NCBI GenBank assembly: GCA_009914755.4
Contig: CP068257.2
Span: forward strand, 11,360,001 to 11,424,000
From: the human T2T-CHM13v2.0 reference genome, Homo sapiens
Direction: 5' to 3'
Length of the DNA stretch: 64,000 bases
Shown here piece by piece: positions 42,001 to 60,649 of the stretch. Under the pieces are notes generated by a model. That model was not told the origin of the DNA. It did not search any database and saw only the letters and a program-made list of their open reading frames with translations. Position numbers and translations under genes: made by a program. Position 1 is the first letter of the stretch; every line of letters begins with the position of its first letter.

Positions 42001-44337
42001 ACCCTTTATGAGGGAAAACTTGTCCCAACTGCATCAAGGGACCCACTGGGGGTCCCAAGCCATGTGTGACACAGTTCTGAAAGTTTTTGGGTGTATAGGA
42101 ATTTATACTCTGACCAAACAGGTTACAGACATTTGCTTAGTATGTAAGAAAACTAATAAAAAAACTATAAAAAGATTACCCCTTGGGAGAAGGAGTCCAG
42201 ACTTAAAGTATCCTGATTGATTACACAGAGATGCCTCCAATAGGTCGTCTAAAATATTTACTAGTGACAGTAGATCACCTTACTCACTGGGTCAAAGCTA
42301 TTCCCTTTTCAAATGTGATGGCCAATGATGTAGTTAAGGCCTTAATTGAAAATATAGTGCCCAGGTTTAGGCTAATAGAAAACATTGACTCAGACAATGG
42401 AACCCATTTTGCCTGAAACTATTACATTTGATCCTTGCCTTGCTATACCTTTGGAGACTTGTCAAGTTGAAGACAGCTCTCAACTTCAGAAAAGTACCTC
42501 TGTACTTCCTGGCTCTCCTCAGACTGGACATTAGAGAATTTGGATCATTTAGTCTGCGAAAGTTTCAATGAAGACCCCAGTGTCAACTGGGAGTCTTGCC
42601 CCCTTGACACAGAGCTTTTATGATGTAGTTGGTCCAACTACGTGCAAGTGAGAGCAAGGATGGACTGCCCCAACAAGTAGTTGTAATTCCTAAAATCATA
42701 CATTCATTTTACTAAAGATATAGCTCCCCCTAACTTTCAGGTAAACTAGTGCAACCCAATACAGGTTATTATTTCAAACCCTCAAAGATCTTCCCCTTCT
42801 CTAAGCCAATTCCCTTCTTTAAGCTGGTTTTATGATATGGGGGCTGAGTTTTCAGAAACGGACCCTATTGGATCTTTTGGAATATGCTTCATTGCTCCCC
42901 TACTGCCTACAGCTTCCCCTAAGTCTTCTTCCAAAAACTCTCACAATGAAACTGTTGTTCCTCCTCCATCTAATGAGAAGACCAAGGTAGCTATTGTAGA
43001 AGTTAAAGACCTAAAACAAACTTTGGTAACTGAGGCAGGATATCAAGATGTGAATGCCTGGTTGGAATGCATCAAATACTCCGTTCGCACTTTAAACAAA
43101 AGCAACTGTTACGCTTGTGCACACAGCACACCAAAGGCCCAGATTGTCCCCTTTCCACTAGGATGGTCCTTCAGTCGACCAGGCATGGTCTGTATGGTAG
43201 CTCTTTTCCAGGGTTCCACAGCCTGGGGTAACAAGTCATGTCAATCTCTCTCTCTGCTATATCCCAAAGTTCAACACCCTGCAGGTCAGCCTCCAAGGGC
43301 CATCCAGCTTCTGTCTCCCGACACTAAGTTCACTTCATGTCTCTCACAACAAGGAGGAAACTTAGCATTGTTTGGAGGCCTAAAAGGATGCAGTAAGCTT
43401 AAGACTTTCCAAGAGCTTACCAATCAGTCATCGCTTATACACCCCTGAGCAGATGTATGGTGGTATTGTGGTGGACCTTTACTGGACACTCTGCCAAGTA
43501 ACTGGAGCAGCCCTCGTGCTCTAGTCCTGTTGGCTATACTTTTCACTCTGGCATTTCATCAACCAGAAAAAGGGAAAACACAACATTGTAAAGCAAGGGA
43601 AGTCCCTTACGGGTCTTTTGACTCCCACATTTATTTAGATGCTATTGGAATCCCATGAGGAGTACCAGATACATTTAAGCCTAAGATCAAATAGCTACAG
43701 GATTTGAATCAATATTTTGGTGGGTGACAATAAAAATGTAGATTTGATGAATTACATCTATAATAATCAACAGTGGTTTATTAATTCCACCAGGGATGTT
43801 GTCAAAGGAATAGCAGAACAATTGAGGCCAACTAGCCAGATGGCCTGGGAAAACAGAATGGCCCTGGATATGATATTAGCTGAAAAAGGTGGTGTTTGTG
43901 TTATCATTAAAACTCAGTGATACACCTTTATCCATTGGGGGCAAACAACACTGCCCCCAATGGGAGCATAACAAGGGCCCTACAAGGATTTACCACTTTA
44001 TCCAATGAATTAGCTAAAAATTCTGGGGTCAATAACCCTTTCTCCAGATGGCTAGAAAGGTGTTTCAGTAAATGGGAAGAAATCATAGCCTCAATTCTTA
44101 CTTCTCTTACAGAAGTAACGGCTGTACTCATTCTTGTTGGGTGTTGTGTCATACCATGCATCCATGGGCTAGTGCAAAGGCTTATAGAAACAACACTTTC
44201 TAAAACCTCCCTTAGCTGTCCTCCACCTTATTCAGATAGGCTTTTCTTTTTAGAGGATCAAGTTGAAAAAAAAAAAAAAGCCAAGACATGTTAAAAAGGT
44301 TTGAAGAGGAAGGGCTATAAAAATTGAAAGAGGGAAT

Positions 44338-44925
44338 TGTAGAATACAGTGAATTCCTCTTCAAAGGTTTTAGCCTGTTAATGTCCTTTAAAGTTCAAGA
44401 GAGGGAAGATTGTTAAGTACAGTGAGTTCTGAGTTCCTCTTCAAAGAACAAATATGTGAATATGTTCAGCTTCTCTATTCTTTGTTCTCCATTTTAAAGT
44501 TTAACTTCCTCATTATTTATGCATCCTTGCCCCTAGTTTCAGTAAATGACCCCCTCCTAGTCCCTATCACCTACTCTATCCTTAGCCATTCTTAGTCACC
44601 TGCTCTCTCCTTAGTCATCCTTAGTCGCCCGCTCTGTAACCATCCTTCCTGCAGAAACTACCCACCCCGCCACTCTGGCTTGCACCCCTGTCCTCTTTGA
44701 AGTAGCCAGTCAAAATTAGCTTAGAGTGTTCCGTCCAACCCTAGCCAACAGGGGAGAGACACAAAAGTAGGGACTAGCTGCATTAGGAATAAGAACCCTT
44801 TCCCCTCTCTTATCCAGTGTGCTCTTGCCATTGCTCCATCCGCAAGACTCACCCTTCTATAGAAGTAAATTTGCCTTGCTGGAGTGCTAACTCTTCTTTG
44901 TGTCACCAAAAAGTTATTTCCAACA
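44338..44925 (+). mobile_element. ERV 3' LTR (shorter than the 5' LTR region)
   Basis: Matches 36244-36841, then host exon sequence resumes. Confidence 0.75.
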
Positions 44926-45234
44926 TGAAGGTGCACCCTTGGTGGAGGGAACATCTGACGAAGTTCAATGTTTGGGGAAAGCAATATCTGGAAAGATTGA
45001 ACAGTCAGCAGGAGAAACACCTAGGAAAATTACAAGGCCTGTGAAAGAAACATCTGAGAAATTTGCATGGCCACAAGAAAGGCCTTCAAAGACCACACGG
45101 GAGGAAAAAGAAACATCTGTAAAGACTGAATGAGTGGCAGGAGTAACATTTAATAAAATTGAAGTTTTGGAAGAAGGAACATCTAAGATGATCACATGTC
45201 CTACAAAAAAACAGCTACAAAAGCAAGTACAAAT
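44926..45234 (+). pseudogene. 3' part of the large exon: ..(E)GAPLVEGTSDEVQCLGKAISGKIEQSAGETPRKITRPVKETSEKFAWPQERPSKTTREEKETSVKTE*VAGVTFNKIEVLEEGTSKMITCPTKKQLQKQVQM
   Basis: Co-linear with ANKRD30B ..LVEGTSDKIQCLEKATSGKFEQSAEETPREITSPAKETSEKF... In-frame TGA at 45131-45133. gtaag donor at 45235. Confidence 0.75.
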
Positions 45235-47399
45235 GGTAAGATGCTTGAGTGAACTTTGTAGAGTTTATTGGCACTCTGGGTTGCCTAATGGAAATAGTGT
45301 GGTATGGGAGTAGTTGGGAATGGCTTGAATGTCTAGATAACGCAAGCTTAGGCAACACATTTTAATAGTGTAGAAATGAGTAGATCTTATTCTGTAGGCC
45401 CTGGAAAAATTCCCAAAATAGTTCTGGCTGTAAATAATAGATGAACTAACTAACAATTGCTAAAACCATAGAAACCAAAGTTGTTTTGGTGGTACAGGGA
45501 TGTTATAGGATCTCACTCACCCCCCCATTATTAGTTGTGCTATTGGCAGTGTTTTGTTCATGTCTCCTTTCTTGGTTGGCTAATTAGCAACAGCTCCAAT
45601 CATCATGCTATCTCAAGACAATATCTGAAGGCTGGGAGGGCTGCTTTTGTTCACATTTTTTTTTAATGGGAGAAAACTTGGAAGCTTTCAGTAATCTTCC
45701 TGTAACATTTTATTGGCTGGATTATACCACATGCTTATTTCTATACCAATCACTAGGAAAGCAAATGTAATTACTGTGATTAGCTTACAATAATGATTTT
45801 TCTTTTAAGATGGGATGGGTGTAATGGAATAATAAATATCTAAATGAGCATGTGTTTCTGCAGCAATAAAGAATAAATAATGACTATGCATAGGAAGCCA
45901 GCAATGTTTTCTGCAGGAATTCAGTGGAAAAGTTTGAGCAGGGGAGTCACAAGATTAGATTTGAGTATCAGGGCATTCTGGTCATGGTATAAAGCAGAGA
46001 TTGGCAAAGTTTTCCTGTAAAGTGCCAGATAGCGAATATGTTGGGCCATGTGGTCTCTATTACAGCTATTCAACTCTGCCATTGTAGAGTGAAAGGAGTC
46101 ATAGATAATGTATGGGCAAAGAGGCATGATTGTACTCCAATAAAAGTTTGTATAAAAAACCATTTAGAAAGCTGAATTTGGCCTGTGGCCTATAGTTTTT
46201 GGCCCTTCATATAGTAGATAGATGGAGGATAATCACGTAAAAAGATTGAAAGATTAAGCTTTTGTAGTAGTTCATGTGATAGTCTTTTTTTTTTGTAAAC
46301 AATCTGTGGCCTAGTATCAATCTATTATGAAAGTTTGATCCATCAAGGGTAAAATGAATAAAGTTCAGAAGCTCAATTTACACATTTAAACATGTAGGTC
46401 CTTCTTTGGCATTATTTTATTTTGATTAATTTTTTTAACTTAAAAAATAAGAACAGTAATTTGTAGGGTTTCTTTTTCCCTGTGAAAGCCATCAGTTAAG
46501 GGGCCACGTTTAACAAGGAAATATAAATATAAAATAAATAAGTTTGTATTTCCAGTGGCACTGGAAAGATAAAGCAAAGGCAGAAAAGAGGTGCAGTTAA
46601 TATGGTTTAGTGATAATTGAGTTTAAAAAGCTAGGGGACAGATAAAATCTCAGGTCATTCATAAGTTTTCAGATTGTGCACAAGCATTTACAATGCTCAT
46701 GGGGAAGGAGTAGGAATTTGTCAGGTTAACAGGGAAGTGCAAACAGTCATGGGACAGACCAACAGTTTTCTTTACATATTGAGTTCAATGAAACATTTGT
46801 GAGGGATACTTTCAGTAGGTAATTGGATTATATGCATTTCTAGCTGGAGATAGAACTCTGGTTGAAGATGCAGGCTTAGAATACCTTTATTATAATTATT
46901 AGGCAAAGCCATAGATCTCAATGAGCTTATCCATGAGGCAGAAGATGTAGAATAAAAGGAAAGCCATTGACAAAACCCTGGGAATATCAACATTTCACAA
47001 GAGTCAAAGGACTTGGTAAAGGAGACTGAGCAGTGGTTAAACAAATGTAGGAGAGGAGTCTGAGAAAGTGATGTTGCAAATTTCTTTTAAATGTGAGAAT
47101 TTCAAGCAGTAAAATTACTCAAAAGGCTACTGGATTTAACTTACAAGTTCTTCAGTGGTAATCTGTTCAAAAGAATTATTTTAGTTGTTAGGTATACTGT
47201 TGATGTGGTTGATAATTCTGGTATCCAAGAAGAAATCTCCCAAGATCCTACCTAACTTTTTGTAACTAAAGCGGCATACATACACAGGTAGTGGGAAAAT
47301 GTCTAGACTGGTGAGTACACATACCAACATTTTTCCAGAATTTTCTGCCTCCTTATTATACCACTTGAGTAAGGGGTTTAGAAATTTTAGGCTCTACTT

Positions 47400-48950
47400 G
47401 GGAATTTGTCTATTTCTTTTGCAGTTCTATCAATTTTTGTATCATGTATTTTGAAGCATTTATGTTATTATATACATAAATATTTAGGACTGTTATGTTT
47501 TCTTGATTAATTGAACCATTTGTCACTATGAAATGACCTTGTTTATTGCTGGTAATATTTTTGCTATGAAATGTACTTTGGTATTAATACAACCACTCTT
47601 CCTCAGCCTTCTTTTGTAGTGTTAGTGTGATATATCTCGTTTCATCTTTTAACCAATTTTTGTCTTTATATTTAAAGTTTATTTCTTATACTCATTATAC
47701 AGATAAGACTTGCTCTTTTATCCATTCTGATAATCTGCCTTTGAGCAGAGGTTTTTAGACCAGTTTAATTTATAATGTAATTATTGATATGATTAGAGTT
47801 GTCTGTCATCACACTGTTTGATTTCTATTAGTCTCAGATCTTCTTTGCTTTGCTTTTTTCCTTTTTCTGCTTCCTTCAGACTAGTTTAGTAATTTTTATG
47901 ATTTAGTTACATATCTGTATATGCATAACTTTTTTAGTTATTAATCTAGTTTTACATTTCTTTACAATTTAGTCATATCTTTTTTGGTATAAGTTTATTT
48001 GGTATTAGGTATAACTCTTTGCTGTCTTAGTAGTTGCTTTAGGATTTATAATGTATGAATTTACCTCATCACAATCCACCTTCAAGTAATATTATATCAT
48101 ATCATAGATGGTATAAGAAATTACAATCATATTTTCACTTCTTTTCTATCAACCAGATCCCAGCCTAGATCTGTGGGATTATGGCTTTCGTTAAGTTTAG
48201 AACATATTTAGCCAATTTTTCCTCAAATTTTTGATTCTGCCTCTCCTCCTATCTCTTTGGGGACTTATATACTACCTGCTGGAAGTTTGCTCATCGTTCA
48301 CTAGTGTCTCAAATTTGTGAATCTTTTCTTTCATGATGGCGAATTAATCTATGCTCATATCTACTCAGTGTAGCTTTCATCTCCAGCATTGTAATTTGTA
48401 TCTCTAAAAGTGCAATTTGGTTTTTAAAAGTATCTTCTATTGCTTTATTTATCTTCTTGATTTTTATAGTTGAGTTACTTATAAACAGCTTGATCCTTTT
48501 CATTTTTCTTTTTATGGTGTGAGCTAACTCCCCATACCTGAGACAAGGCCTTTCTGAGTATTCATTTTCCTGTGAAGTCTGAGTTTTCCCAGGCAAATCT
48601 ATAAAAACAGACACTCTTCTTGGCACTGTATGAGTACCAGGTGTGATTTCCTCTAATTTTATAAGCCAACCCCCACCCCCATCCGGTTTGTTCTTAGGTA
48701 GTTTTCTATCTCACATGCAATTTTCAAAATTTTGCTAAATACTGACAGGGGGTTTCTTGCCGTTGCTTCTGTATCTCTCTCTCCTCCTCAGTGTTTGTTC
48801 TGTAATATCTGCCTGCTTTGGTTTTACTAGACTCTAAGCTTCATCAGTGTAACCAAGAGAGTCTGGTAGATCCCACCTCAGTTTTTTCTTCCTGTGTCAT
48901 GTCTCGGAATCTCTGCCAAGACAGGAAGCTGAAACATTCAGAAGGTTTGC
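47400..48950 (-). mobile_element. Old L1 5' region including ORF1 (antisense to the window)
   Basis: Minus-strand ORF 48309-48626 has L1 ORF1p-like coiled-coil sequence. Confidence 0.45.
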
Positions 48951-49522
48951 TTTCTTTCGTTTTTTTATTTTCTGTTTTTCAGGGATTATTATCTTCTTTG
49001 CCTAATGTCCAGTATCTGAAAAATTGTTTAATGTATTTTGTGTGTTTTGTTTTTAGTTATTTTAGCTAAGAAGAAAAATCATACCTGTTGCTCTCCCTTG
49101 GCTAGAGGAAGACTACACTAGAGTTTCAGCACATGCCACAGACTGGCTAAAATGCTTTCCTTCCCTGTTTGCTCAACTGCTTCCTTTTCATTCTTCATTC
49201 CTCAGTGTAGCTATACATCCCTCGGGGGAATTTTCCATGAGCCTAGTATAGATCTAAATCTTAGCAATCTGTTTTCTTACAGTATTTATCTGAATTTATA
49301 ACTGTCACTTTTCTGGGGCTTTGTCTTTTAGCACATTTTAAGTTAAACAAATGCAGAGGTTTTTGTTTTTTTCTGTTTAATCTGCAGAGCTTAGTATAAT
49401 GCCTTCCACGTGGCAGGCAATCAATATATATTTGATCAGTGTATGAATTAATGATTGTTAAAATATGCAGTTCTCTGTATCCCAAAAGTACTAATATATT
49501 TTATTTCTATCTCCTCCTTGAG

Positions 49523-50052
<530 letters not shown>

Positions 50053-51203
50053 TATGACATACTAGTATATAGGATACTTTTTGTACTAGCTGACATACCT
50101 TCTGAGGTTTAACTGGAGAAAGAAATCTCTGTCTTGTAGAGTGTCAAATTCATTTAAATAATACAATTTCTTAACTGTGAATACATCTCCTGATAATTAA
50201 ATGCATATTTATTTAAATCACAATTTTAATGGCTGCATAGAAGGCCATTATTTGGAAACCCCATTATTACTTAACAAATTAATTTTTTTTATTTTTAATT
50301 TTTTGTGTTATAATAAGTGCTGCAAGGCATAACTGCATGTAAATCTTTTTCTATCATTCTAATTATTGACTTGGAATAAATTCTTCACTATAAAAATATT
50401 TGGTTAAATTATAGGTTGCTCTACCCCCAATAATCATTTTCCTTTAATTATACACTTGTAATCTTAATATGCATGGAGTATAAAGAAAAATATAGGTAAT
50501 TTATGACTAGTATATTCAACATCTCTCTCTCCTACATAAATAAAATTAATTCAGAGTTGTACTTATTATTTTTATATTTTAATTAAATATATTCTGTGTT
50601 ATTCTAAAAGAGATTTAAAATTTGTTGATAAAATGTATAATAATCAACAAGATACATTTAAAGTATTACTAAAAAAAGAAACAAAACATATATGGGATAA
50701 CAGATATTAGATTTTTCAGCCTAGTCTCAGATTTTAATATAATTATTTTTAAGGATACTTGCCTTATTTTATAAAGATGAATATTTATGTCTAATGAATA
50801 TGTAAACTTGTTTACAAAAAGTAACGTCATTTTAATTAGTTAACTCTAAATGATCTGTCCTTATTGAGGAGTAATTTTGACTGTTATATTTTTAAAATAA
50901 TAATTTTCAACTTATAATTTTACTGGATAACTTCCAGTATTCTTTTCCATAACTGTTGTTGAAGTTACTGGTAACAGAATCTTTCTAACTAGAAGATGTT
51001 CTTTCTCATTATTTTTCAAGTATGTGCATCATTTGGAAGAGAGTTCAGTAATAAATTAAATACCTCAGAACTAGAAAGAAAAAACATATTCAAGAATATA
51101 GAAATTTTACTGGAATAATAAACCAATATACGAAGAAGTAGATCTCAAAGTGAATTCTATGTTCTAACAAAATGAATTTTAAGATAAGTATATTTAATGG
51201 CAG

Positions 51204-51400
51204 ATTGACTTTAAACCAAGAAGAAGAGAAGAGAAGAAATGCCAATATATTAAATGAAAAATTAGGGAAGAATTAGGAAAAATCGAAGAGCAACAAAAGA
51301 AAAAGTTAGAAGTGAAGCAACTTGAGCTCACTCTCCGAATATACAAAATATGGAATTGAAGACTGTAAGAAGTAATTTGAATCAGCTCAATCAATCGCTG
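51204..51400 (+). pseudogene. Coiled-coil exon: LTLNQEEEKRRNANILNEK / IREELGKIEEQQKKKLEVKQLELTLRI / QNMELKTVRSNLNQ in three different frames
   Basis: Matches ..LTLNQEEEKRRNADILNEKIREELGRIEEQHRKELEVKQQLEQALRIQDIELKSVESNLNQ, but needs two frameshifts. Confidence 0.7.
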
Positions 51401-51544
51401 GTAAAAATTTTATATTTCTAACTTTATTTCATCAATATTACTTTTAATATCCCTTCGATTTAGTATGTATTATTCAGAATTATGATAATGCCGCTATAAT
51501 ATTTAGGTACAAACTTTTGTATATTTCATTCATAAGTTTTCATT

Positions 51545-52400
<856 letters not shown>

Positions 52401-52429
52401 ATAGTTTTGCAATTCAGAAACATAAAATC

Positions 52430-52920
52430 AAATACTGCATGTTCTTACTTAAAAATGGGAAATAAATAATGTGTACACATGAACAAGGAGTGTAAAATGA
52501 TAAGACACTGTAGACTCAGAAGGGTGAGAAGGTGGGAGGGGTAAGGGTGATGAGAAATTACTTAGTGGATACAGTGTACATTGTTCCAGTGATAAACACA
52601 CTAAAAGCTCAGACTTCACTCCTACCCCATATACCCATGTAACAAAATTGCACTTGCAATCCTTAAATTTATACAGTTTTAAAAAATGGTTTTAGAGTTT
52701 TGGTTCTGTGATTAATTTTATAATGTTTCATTGTGGTAAAGCACATATAATAAGCTTTGCCATTTTAAACATAAAAGTCAGAGGCATTAATTACATTCAG
52801 AATGTTGTGCAATCATCAAAACTATGTATTTCCAAAAAAAATTTTCACCCCAAACTGAAACTCTGTACTCATTAAGCAACAACTCCTCATTCTCCCTTTC
52901 CTCCCAAGTCCCTGGTAGGA
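52430..52920 (+). mobile_element. L1 3' end (sense) abutting the inverted L1 segment
   Basis: ..acatgttcttacttaaaaatgggaaataaataatgtgtacacatgaacaaggagtg.. through the 3'UTR. Confidence 0.75.
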
Positions 52921-53279
52921 ATAAATTTTATGGCATTTTAATTAATTTAAGTGTAAAAAACTAAAAGCAGCTGGTGGCTATCATACTGGACCTCACAGTT
53001 CTAACACCATCAGTATCAACCCCTGGACAGATATAATCATTCCTAAGCTGCCTTTACATTTATTATTATTCTATTTATGGTAATCTGTAATCTATTCTCC
53101 CACAAAGCTGGACTATTCCTGTAAGAACATATCTTATACCATTTCATTCCCAGCTCTGAATCCTCCAGTGGTTACCTATCACAATTAACAAAGAAATCCA
53201 AGCTCTTTACTATGGTCTGTGTTTATCTGCTCCTCAGACTGTGCATTCTCCTTTCCTCCTCCCAGTGCCTGCAGCCTGA

Positions 53280-53673
<394 letters not shown>

Positions 53674-53949
53674 TTCTTCATAGCACTTAGTACATCCATC
53701 ACTTTAGTGTGCAACTGTTTACGCATTTATGTTCTATCTCTGTCACTGTACTGCAAGCTCCATAAAGACAGACCTTCTCTCTCCAGTTCCCATAATACTA
53801 CCCAGCATAAAATAGGCTGTAAGTAAACATTTATTGAGTACATAAAAGAAGAATCTTATTCATGTCAAGGCTGTAATCTATGTTAGACTCAAAGAGATAG
53901 TCTCCTGACTAAATGGAAGTGTTTCTTTATTGAAGCATGCCTTTAAAAA

Positions 53950-55227
<1,278 letters not shown>

Positions 55228-55630
55228 GTACATGTACAAATTAGAGTACACCATGGAATATTATGCAGCCATAAAAAAGTATGAGTTCATGTTCTTTGCA
55301 GGGACATGGATGAAACTAGAAGCCATCATTCTCAGCAAACTAACACAGGAACAGAAAACCAAACAGTGCATGTTCTCACTCATAAATGGGAGTTGAATAA
55401 TGAGAACACATGGACACATGAAGGGGAACCTCACACACAGAGACCTGTCAGGGGTTGGAGGGGAAGAGGAGGGAGAGCATTAGGACAAATACCTCATGCA
55501 TGTGGGGCTTAAAACTTAGATTACAGGTTGATAGATGGAGTGAACCACCACAGCACATGTATACCTATGTAACAAACCTGTACATTCTGCACATGTATCC
55601 CAGAACTTAAAGTAAAATTTTTAAAACAGA
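55228..55630 (+). mobile_element. L1PA-like 3' end (sense)
   Basis: ..caccatggaatattatgcagccataaaaaagtatgagttcatgttctttgcagggacatggatgaaactagaagccatcattctcagcaaactaacacagg.. through the 3' terminus. Confidence 0.8.
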
Positions 55631-55869
55631 TATAAATATTGTATACATAAAAAAGACACACAATGTTTATGAATAGAAAGATTTTATATTGTGAATAAGT
55701 AATTTCTACTCATTAAATTATGGTTAAATGCAATCCTACTCAAAATCCTATCAGGTAATTTGAAAATTGACAAGCTAATTTAAAATTTTTTTGAAAATTT
55801 AAAAGGACAAGAAGAACCAAGAAAGTTCTGAAGAAGAACAGAGCTCAAGAATGTATACCATCAGATGTT

Positions 55870-56395
55870 TCCAACTTTATTACAATTAAAATAAGATGCT
55901 ATTAGCAGGACATACAAATAGAGAAATCAAAAACAAACTCATACTTATACCATCACCTGATTTATGACAAAGGTGAAACTGCAGTGCAGTGAGGAAATAA
56001 TAATCTTCTCAATAAATGGTGTTAGATAATTTGGATATCAAAATGGGGGAATAAAAGAATTTAGCCCTTATCTTACTTCACAAACAAAAGTCAATCGTAG
56101 GTGGGTTATAAAGCTCAATCTGAAACGTTAAAAATTCAAAAAGAAAAGCTTCTGTAACATAGAAGAATACCTTTATGACAATGGGGTAGACAAAAATTTC
56201 TTAAGCCAGACAAAATAAGCATTAACTACACAGAAATAGTCTGATAACTTGAACTACATTAAAATTAAGAAATTGGTATTAACGAATTCACCATTAAGAG
56301 AAAGAAAAGACAAAGTGGGAGAAGATATCTGCAATGTTTATGTCCAATCAAAAATTTATGTCCAGAATATATAAAAAATCTCCTACAAATCTTCA
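55870..56395 (+). mobile_element. Old L1 (L1M-like) ORF2 middle fragment, sense
   Basis: Translates to ..LFNKWC..-like, then ..LCPEYIKNLLQI (equivalent to LISRIYKELLQL). Confidence 0.55.
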
Positions 56396-56429
56396 TATAT
56401 TCTGGATAAGAATTTTTGATTGGACATAA

Positions 56430-59075
<2,646 letters not shown>

Positions 59076-59856
59076 GTCATTGAAATGTACACTTTAAAAA
59101 ACACAAAAAGAGTTTATTCTATCAGGATTCTGACTAGAGTGCTCTAGAGTATGACATAGGATAGGGAATGTCTTAATAAGCTTCAAAATTCTAGGAATAA
59201 TGAAACTAGGAAACAAAGCTTTGAAAAATGCCAGGAATTCAACTGCCTCCCTGGCCTTTCCCTGTCAATCTATGTGCCCCAGCAGCCAACTTACATAGCA
59301 CTGTGTGCAGGCTTGTAAATAGACCTTCCAGTTCTGCTATAATCAATACCTTATTGTCCATAACTCAATTTGGAGAAGGTTTAGCTGTCTACCAACTCTT
59401 GTGGAGAGTTTCTGTGAAGTTTTGTTTTGGGTTGCAAGAATCTGGAAAACAGATGCAGATTTTTTTGAGGAAGATTTTGAAATTTCTACTTATAAGGTAC
59501 CCAAAATGGGATCCAAACTCTTGAATTTGGTTGATCTTCTGAAATACATACCTGTGTTTTAAGATTTGCTTGAGCAAACCTTTAACCATGGAAATTTTAA
59601 CCAATGATTTCCAGGTTGAAACAATTCCAGTTTTGTCATTTAAATACCACAGATGAATCTGTTTTAGCACAGAGTACAAATATCTTTTTTCCTTTTGAGC
59701 ATTTGGAATAGTGTGTTTTGGTAATAAAACATAGCTCTGCATATTAATGAAACATAGCTCTGCATATTTTGTATGGGGAAAATTAGCATTCTGTGAACAA
59801 AGTCAATAATTTCTGGCCTTGCATTAGTTTCCCTACTATAATTAAAACTTAGTTTT

Positions 59857-60170
59857 GGCCGGGTGCGGTGGCTCCCGTCTGTAATCCCAGCACTGTGGGA
59901 GGCCAAGCCTGGCGGATCACGGAGCCAGGAGGTCGAGACCATACTGGCTAACATGGTGAAACCCCGTCTCTACTAAAAATACAAAAAAAAAAAAAATTAG
60001 TCAGGTGTGGTGGCGGTCGCCTGTAGTCCCAGCTACTCAGGAGGCAGGAGAATGGCATGAACCTGGGAGGCAGAGATTGCAGCGAGCCGAGATCATGCCA
60101 CTGCACTCTAGCCTGGGTGACAGAGTGAGACTCTCAAAAAAAACAAAAACAAAAAAACAAACAAAAAAAG
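59857..60170 (+). mobile_element. AluY SINE, TSD acttagtttt
   Basis: ggccgggtgcggtggctcccgtctgtaatcccagcac.. with a tail. The 10-mer flanks both sides. Confidence 0.92.
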
Positions 60171-60649
60171 CACTTAGTTTTGAAAGTATCTTAGTGTTAA
60201 ATTTCCAGTGCTTCAATATTACAATTAAAACCTTGCTTTACTGAGAGCAGAAACATAATGCAGAAAAGAAAAAAGACCAACAGTCTCTAGATTGCTGGAT
60301 TTATGTGGATATGATGGGGTTGGTATTTAACGATTTCTCCCTTGAATCATAGCAAAGATGCTTTTGTGAAGCATAGCTCTTTCATAAATATACTTTCCAG
60401 CCATTCAGCATTACCTATCTTTAGGTTTCTTTTGCTTTGTGTTTCCACTCCAATATCATTTCTGGAAAAAAATTACAGTAACAAATTTATTGAGAGCTGG
60501 CATTGTGAATGGTGCCTAGGACTTAATTCATAAAGAGAAGGTGAATTCTGCTGAAAGGTGCTTAATACACTGCCCCCCAAATCAAGAGAAACAGGCCATT
60601 CTGGGACACACATAGCCTGTCTCACACAGGGGTCAGGAAGCAGGGATAT

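Larger units (their letters stand above)
36244..44925 (+). mobile_element. Class-I (gammaretrovirus-like) ERV provirus, ~8.7 kb, full-length but degenerate, family unassigned
   Basis: Flanked by ~590-bp direct repeats (36244-36841 and 44338-44925). Gag with Cys-His box ..CGRTGHFKRECPK.. at ~39460. Pol with ..LPAKKLDGSYRLVQHLRAIN.. and YVDDIL at ~40500. Integrase-like ..HQGTHWGSQAMCDTV.. at ~42000. Env with TM ..WENRMALDMILAEKGGVCVII.. at ~43850. PPT aaagagggaa before the 3' LTR. Many stops. Confidence 0.85.

Noticed and set aside
44926-45234. Considered whether host sequence after the 3' LTR was still LTR, i.e. an ~800-bp 3' LTR
   Set aside because: It translates co-linearly over ~100 aa with the ANKRD30B/36 large exon (GAPLVEGTSDEVQCLGKAISGKIEQSAGETPRKI..), so it is host exon.
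45240-49500. Searched for the next exons of the gene (PSESKQ.. repeats encoding region)
   Set aside because: I could not identify them by eye in this interval. The region is dominated by an antisense L1 ORF1-containing fragment (47.4-48.95 kb) and degenerate sequence, so no exons were called there.
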